DNA of 64,000 nucleotides, taken from positions 508 to 64,507 of the forward strand of contig DAHUYV010000135.1 of the NCBI GenBank assembly GCA_027306885.1, given 5' to 3'. Source of the DNA: Candidatus Dormiibacterota bacterium. Lineage in GTDB: Bacteria > Chloroflexota > Dormibacteria > Aeolococcales > Bog-877. A model generated the notes under the pieces. The model was not told where the DNA came from. It did not search any database and worked only from the letters and a program-made list of their open reading frames with translations. Below, piece after piece: positions 60,601 through 64,000 of the stretch (the stretch's first letter is position 1; each line of letters starts with the position of its first letter). The translations under genes and the position numbers were made by a program.

Positions 60601-60647
60601 CTTATGGTTAGTCTACCTAATTAGGCAGACTAAGTACAGCCCGGTCC

Positions 60648-61910
60648 CTAGGGGGCGACGCAGGCCTGCGTGGAGACGGTCGCCGTGTCGGTCAGGTTGG
60701 CCCGGATGTCGGGAAGGACCTCGGCGGTGGTGAGGGCGTAGCCCTCGTCGGCGGTGACCAGCGACTTGGCAAACACGACGCCGAGGACCTGGCCGCTGAG
60801 GTTGACGAAGGGCCCGCCGGAGTTGCCCGGGATCACCGCGGCCTGCAGCACCAGAATCTGGCGAGAGACCAGCTGCTGGGAGTAGATGTCCCGGCCGACC
60901 GCCTCCAGGGTGCCCCGCACCGCGGCGCTGACCGCCTGCTCGTTGCCCCCGCCCGGGTACCCGATGACCGCCCCCTGGGTGCCTCGGGACGAGTCCTCGC
61001 TGAAGGAGAGGGGCGAGAGCCCAAGGCCGGGAACCCGCAGGAGCGCCAGGTCAACCTCCGGGTTGAAGTAGATGACCTGGGCGCGAAGCGGGGTGCTGCG
61101 ACCGGGAACCTCCACTTGCTCGCTCTGGCTCCCGGCGACCACATGGGCGTTGGTGGCGACCACATCCGGGCCGACGGGGAACCCGCTCCCCTCGATCAGG
61201 CCACCGCAACCGGTGCTCACCACCTTCACAGTCTCCCGGGCGACCTGGGCGATCGCTGGGTGGGAGCTGAGCTCGGCGGGCAGTGTGACCGGGCCCGGCA
61301 GGGGTGGGACCAGGGTGGCGAAGACCTCAGGGAAGGGGACCGCGCTCAGCAGGTGTTGCAGGTCGCCCATCCAAGCGGGACCGGCCGGGAGGGCCCGGTT
61401 CAGGGCCCGCAGGATGGAGGAGTTCTGGATCTCCGCCGCCAGGGCGGGGACCGGCCCGGCGGCGAAGACCAGGCCCAGGTACCAGCTGACGGCAAGGGTA
61501 ACCAGCAGGCCCCACGCGACGCCGGCGGCGGAGTCGGGCGCGCCCCCGAGCCGGCTGCGCAGCGCGGTGCGGCGCAGGCGGAGGCCGATGAGGCTGCCCA
61601 CGGAGTGGCCGAGAAAGGCCACCGCCACCACCAGCGCCACGACGATGAAGGTGCGCTCGGTGGCGGCGAGCCCCTGGAGGCGGGCCCCGACAGCGGTCGC
61701 CAGCCAGGAGCCGAGGAGCAGGCCGGCCACCAGACCGAGGAGCGAGAGGACGGAGTAGACAAAGCCGTGGCGGTGCCCCTGAACGGCCGCCAACACCAGT
61801 GCCGCCACGATCACCAGGTCGATTAGATTCAACTCACTCCTGCCACTGTGCCCGCGCGACCGGACCTTCCGAAGGGTCGCACAATGGTGGCGTATCAGCG
61901 GAGGGTGCAA
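60648..61910 (-). CDS. MarP-like membrane serine protease (CvpA N-domain + trypsin-like protease)
   Basis: 4-transmembrane CvpA-like N-terminus; GDSGGP-like GNSGGP and TNAHVV His motifs. Confidence 0.8.
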   Translation of the reverse strand: MHPPLIRHHCATLRKVRSRGHSGRSELNLIDLVIVAALVLAAVQGHRHGFVYSVLSLLGLVAGLLLGSWLATAVGARLQGLAATERTFIVVALVVAVAFLGHSVGSLIGLRLRRTALRSRLGGAPDSAAGVAWGLLVTLAVSWYLGLVFAAGPVPALAAEIQNSSILRALNRALPAGPAWMGDLQHLLSAVPFPEVFATLVPPLPGPVTLPAELSSHPAIAQVARETVKVVSTGCGGLIEGSGFPVGPDVVATNAHVVAGSQSEQVEVPGRSTPLRAQVIYFNPEVDLALLRVPGLGLSPLSFSEDSSRGTQGAVIGYPGGGNEQAVSAAVRGTLEAVGRDIYSQQLVSRQILVLQAAVIPGNSGGPFVNLSGQVLGVVFAKSLVTADEGYALTTAEVLPDIRANLTDTATVSTQACVAP

Positions 61911-61918
61911 CTACCCAG

Positions 61919-62419
61919 GTGAACGGACCAGCAGCCGACGGGGAGTCTTCCGACCGTCCACGACACGGGAGAGGGACCTCTCAGAACGGGGTGTTCATCC
62001 CCCTGCCCCAGAATTGGCGCACCTGCGTCCTGCCCTTGGTGGGACTGGCCACGCCGGTCGGCTTGCTGGTGGTCAACTTCTCGGCGTGGGTGATCTCGCA
62101 GCTGGGGGCGTTCCGCTGGGGGGTGGCGGTGAGTGCCCTGGTGAGCGCTTTGATCCTCAATAGCCTCACCGGCCTCAGCGTCTATCGATACGTGCGCAAT
62201 CGCTGGCCGGACTTCGTGGTCAGCCGCCAGGAGAACGAGTCCTGGGTTCTGGCCGGCGCCATCGTGGTGATCCTTGCCGTGGCGATCCTCTCAGCCCTCT
62301 TCTCCTACGTCGGGATGGCCAACCCCAAGCAGCTCCCCAACGGGATCGCGGTTCTCACCGGCTTCGTGGGGGTGGTGGTGCCTCTGGCGCTGATCCTGGG
62401 CCTCAACCGCCGCCGCTGA
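61919..62419 (+). CDS. hypothetical small membrane protein
   Basis: Three hydrophobic helices; the start is uncertain because the upstream part of the ORF overlaps the MarP-like gene. Confidence 0.35.
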   Translation: MNGPAADGESSDRPRHGRGTSQNGVFIPLPQNWRTCVLPLVGLATPVGLLVVNFSAWVISQLGAFRWGVAVSALVSALILNSLTGLSVYRYVRNRWPDFVVSRQENESWVLAGAIVVILAVAILSALFSYVGMANPKQLPNGIAVLTGFVGVVVPLALILGLNRRR

Positions 62420-62421
62420 CC

Positions 62422-63162
62422 TCAGCCGCTGCGCCGCTCGCGGTCCGGGTCGCCAAGGACGGTGATCGCGGCGCCATCGGAGATGAGGGCGGCGGTCGCA
62501 GTTCCAAGGAAGAACCCGTGACCGACGACCCCCGGGATCCCCTCCAGCCGCCCGGCCAGCTCCCGAGGTGACCACGGGGAGCGGCTCACGTCCAGGTCGA
62601 GCACCAGGTTGCCGTTGTCCGATACGAAGGGTTGGTCGCCGCCGCGCAGCGCCGCCGCGGCTCCGGCGCCGCCTTCAATCAACCGTCGGGTCGCCTCCCA
62701 GTCGAACGGAAGCACCTCGATGGGCAGGTCCCCTCGCTCGCCGAGATGGCCCACCAGCTTGGAGGAGTCGGCCACCACCCAGAAGCGGCGGCTGCGCTCG
62801 GCGACCATCTTCTCCCGGACCATCGCCCCACCGGCCCCCTTTATCAGGTCGAGGCCGGGAGCCACCTCGTCGGCCCCGTCCACATCGAGGTCGAGCCCGC
62901 TGCCGGTCCCCCGAAGGATCTCTATCCCCATCGCCCGGGCGCGGCGCTCGGTGGCTTCCGAGGTGCATACCGCCGCCACCCTCAGCCCTGCGTGGACCAT
63001 GGGCTCCAAAGCGTCCAGGAAGGCCGAGGCGGTGCGGCCGGTGCCGAGACCGAGGCGCATGCCCGGCTTGACCCGCTGCGCCGCGAAGGCGCCCACCTGG
63101 GCGAGGGCCGCCTGGAGGCGGTCGGCGGGCAGCGCGCTCAGCCGGAGCGCTCCGGGCCCCAC
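62422..63162 (-). CDS. rpiA: ribose-5-phosphate isomerase A
   Basis: Motifs GLGTGRTA, LDLDVDGADEV and KGAGGAMVREK; GTG start proposed. Confidence 0.85.
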   Translation of the reverse strand: MGPGALRLSALPADRLQAALAQVGAFAAQRVKPGMRLGLGTGRTASAFLDALEPMVHAGLRVAAVCTSEATERRARAMGIEILRGTGSGLDLDVDGADEVAPGLDLIKGAGGAMVREKMVAERSRRFWVVADSSKLVGHLGERGDLPIEVLPFDWEATRRLIEGGAGAAAALRGGDQPFVSDNGNLVLDLDVSRSPWSPRELAGRLEGIPGVVGHGFFLGTATAALISDGAAITVLGDPDRERRSG

Positions 63163-63548
63163 CGCTGGACCGTGATGCGGAGAAGCACTCGGCGCTCCTG
63201 CCTCATCGCCTTCCGGTACGCGTCCCAGTCCGGGTGCTCCCCAGCCACCCGCCGGTAGTAGTCCTCCAAGAGGGGGAGCGCCGGCGGCAGGCTGATCACG
63301 TCGGCCTGCCCCCACGCCGCCACCCATGGGCCGAAGAAGCCGTCCGTGAAGGCCACCAGCGCCACCCTCGGATCCCGCCTCAGGTTGGCGGTCTTGCTGG
63401 CCCCCTCCCGGGTGCTGACCAACAGGCGACCCTCTTGGTCCGCCGCCGCGACCACCGGGGACATCTGGGCGGTGCCGTCCCGTCGGTAGGTGGCGAGCAC
63501 CGCCCGGTGGTGGGTGTTGATGAACTCCAGCGCCTGCCGCTCCTCCAT
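63138..63548 (-). CDS. pyridoxamine 5'-phosphate oxidase-family (F420-dependent PPOX class) protein
   Basis: Split-barrel pattern (HRAVLATYRRDGTAQMSPV...). Confidence 0.7.
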   Translation of the reverse strand: MEERQALEFINTHHRAVLATYRRDGTAQMSPVVAAADQEGRLLVSTREGASKTANLRRDPRVALVAFTDGFFGPWVAAWGQADVISLPPALPLLEDYYRRVAGEHPDWDAYRKAMRQERRVLLRITVQRWGPERSG

Positions 63549-63550
63549 GC

Positions 63551-64000
63551 TCACCCTCCGCCTCCCGCGCCTGCCCACCTTGGGGCCCGGGCCCGGGCGC
63601 GGTCGATCAGCAGGTCCTGGATGCCGGCATCCGCGCTAGTGGGGTCAAGGCGCCGCCAGGCCGCCGACGACTCCAGCTTCCAGGTCTGGCGGCGGTCTCT
63701 CCAGGTCAGCTCCAGCACCTCCTGCGCCTCCCGGCGGCAGGCCGGGTCGAGGAGGGGAACCATGCACTCCACCCGTCGGTACAGGTTGCGGCCCATGAGG
63801 TCGGAGGACCCCATGAAGACCTCGGGAGATCCCCCGTTCTCGAACACGAAGGCGCGCCCGTGCTCCAGGAAGCGGCCGATCACGCTGTGCACCTCCACCG
63901 TCTCGCTGAGGCCGGCGAGCCCGGGCCGCAACGCGCAGATCCCCCGCACCAGCAGCCGGATGGGAAGGCCGCTGGCGCCCGCCTGGTAGATGGCCGAGAT
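63551..64000 (-). CDS. ppk: polyphosphate kinase 1, C-terminal part (continues past window end)
   Basis: PLD-like C2 motifs HSVIGRFLEHGRAFVFENGG...MGSSDLMGRNLYRRVE. Confidence 0.85.
   Translation of the reverse strand: MSAIYQAGASGLPIRLLVRGICALRPGLAGLSETVEVHSVIGRFLEHGRAFVFENGGSPEVFMGSSDLMGRNLYRRVECMVPLLDPACRREAQEVLELTWRDRRQTWKLESSAAWRRLDPTSADAGIQDLLIDRARARAPRWAGAGGGG

Overview
This window comes from a very GC-rich (about 70%) genome whose gene content suggests an Actinomycetota-like Gram-positive organism (bS22 mini ribosomal protein, MarP, LCP, F420-family enzymes, an SCO1664-family protein, Nur-like Fur regulator). It is mostly housekeeping genes, largely on the + strand, with many 1-4 nt start/stop overlaps (GTGA, ATGA, TTGA) that suggest translational coupling. 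Read left to right: apt'-ahcY-metK (methyl cycle); manC-like/phosphomannomutase/cupin mannose-6-phosphate isomerase-like genes; an aminotransferase-ALDH-acyl-CoA dehydrogenase-hydrolase block; ThpR; tRNA-Arg and tRNA-Leu; tig-clpP-clpX; metE with a structured leader; valS; a four-gene membrane-protein operon; maf; rplU-rpmA-obg-nadD-rsfS; PBP1A; an orphan AAA+ ATPase; tRNA-Ala(CGC) with a bS22 gene; a MocR/CMD pair; tRNA-Ala(GGC); cysE-cysK; a two-component system; a Fur-family regulator and metal transporter divergent from an ApbE/ferric-reductase-like/NuoF-like/ferredoxin cluster; a GH63 hydrolase; LCP and TolB-like envelope genes; fabI; a MarR-MFS pair; MarP; rpiA; and a partial ppk. No CRISPR array, transposase or integrase was seen. 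The candidates for something undescribed are a ClpX zinc-ribbon mini-protein wedged between clpP and clpX, the metal-regulator-linked ApbE redox cluster, the membrane operon after valS, and the orphan wHTH-AAA+ ATPase. Long ORFs antisense to real genes are expected by chance in DNA this GC-rich, and I disregarded them. The ORF track and the printed coordinates disagree by about 1 nt near 27.93 kb, so coordinates I derived by hand (tRNAs, alternative starts) may be off by 1-2 nt.
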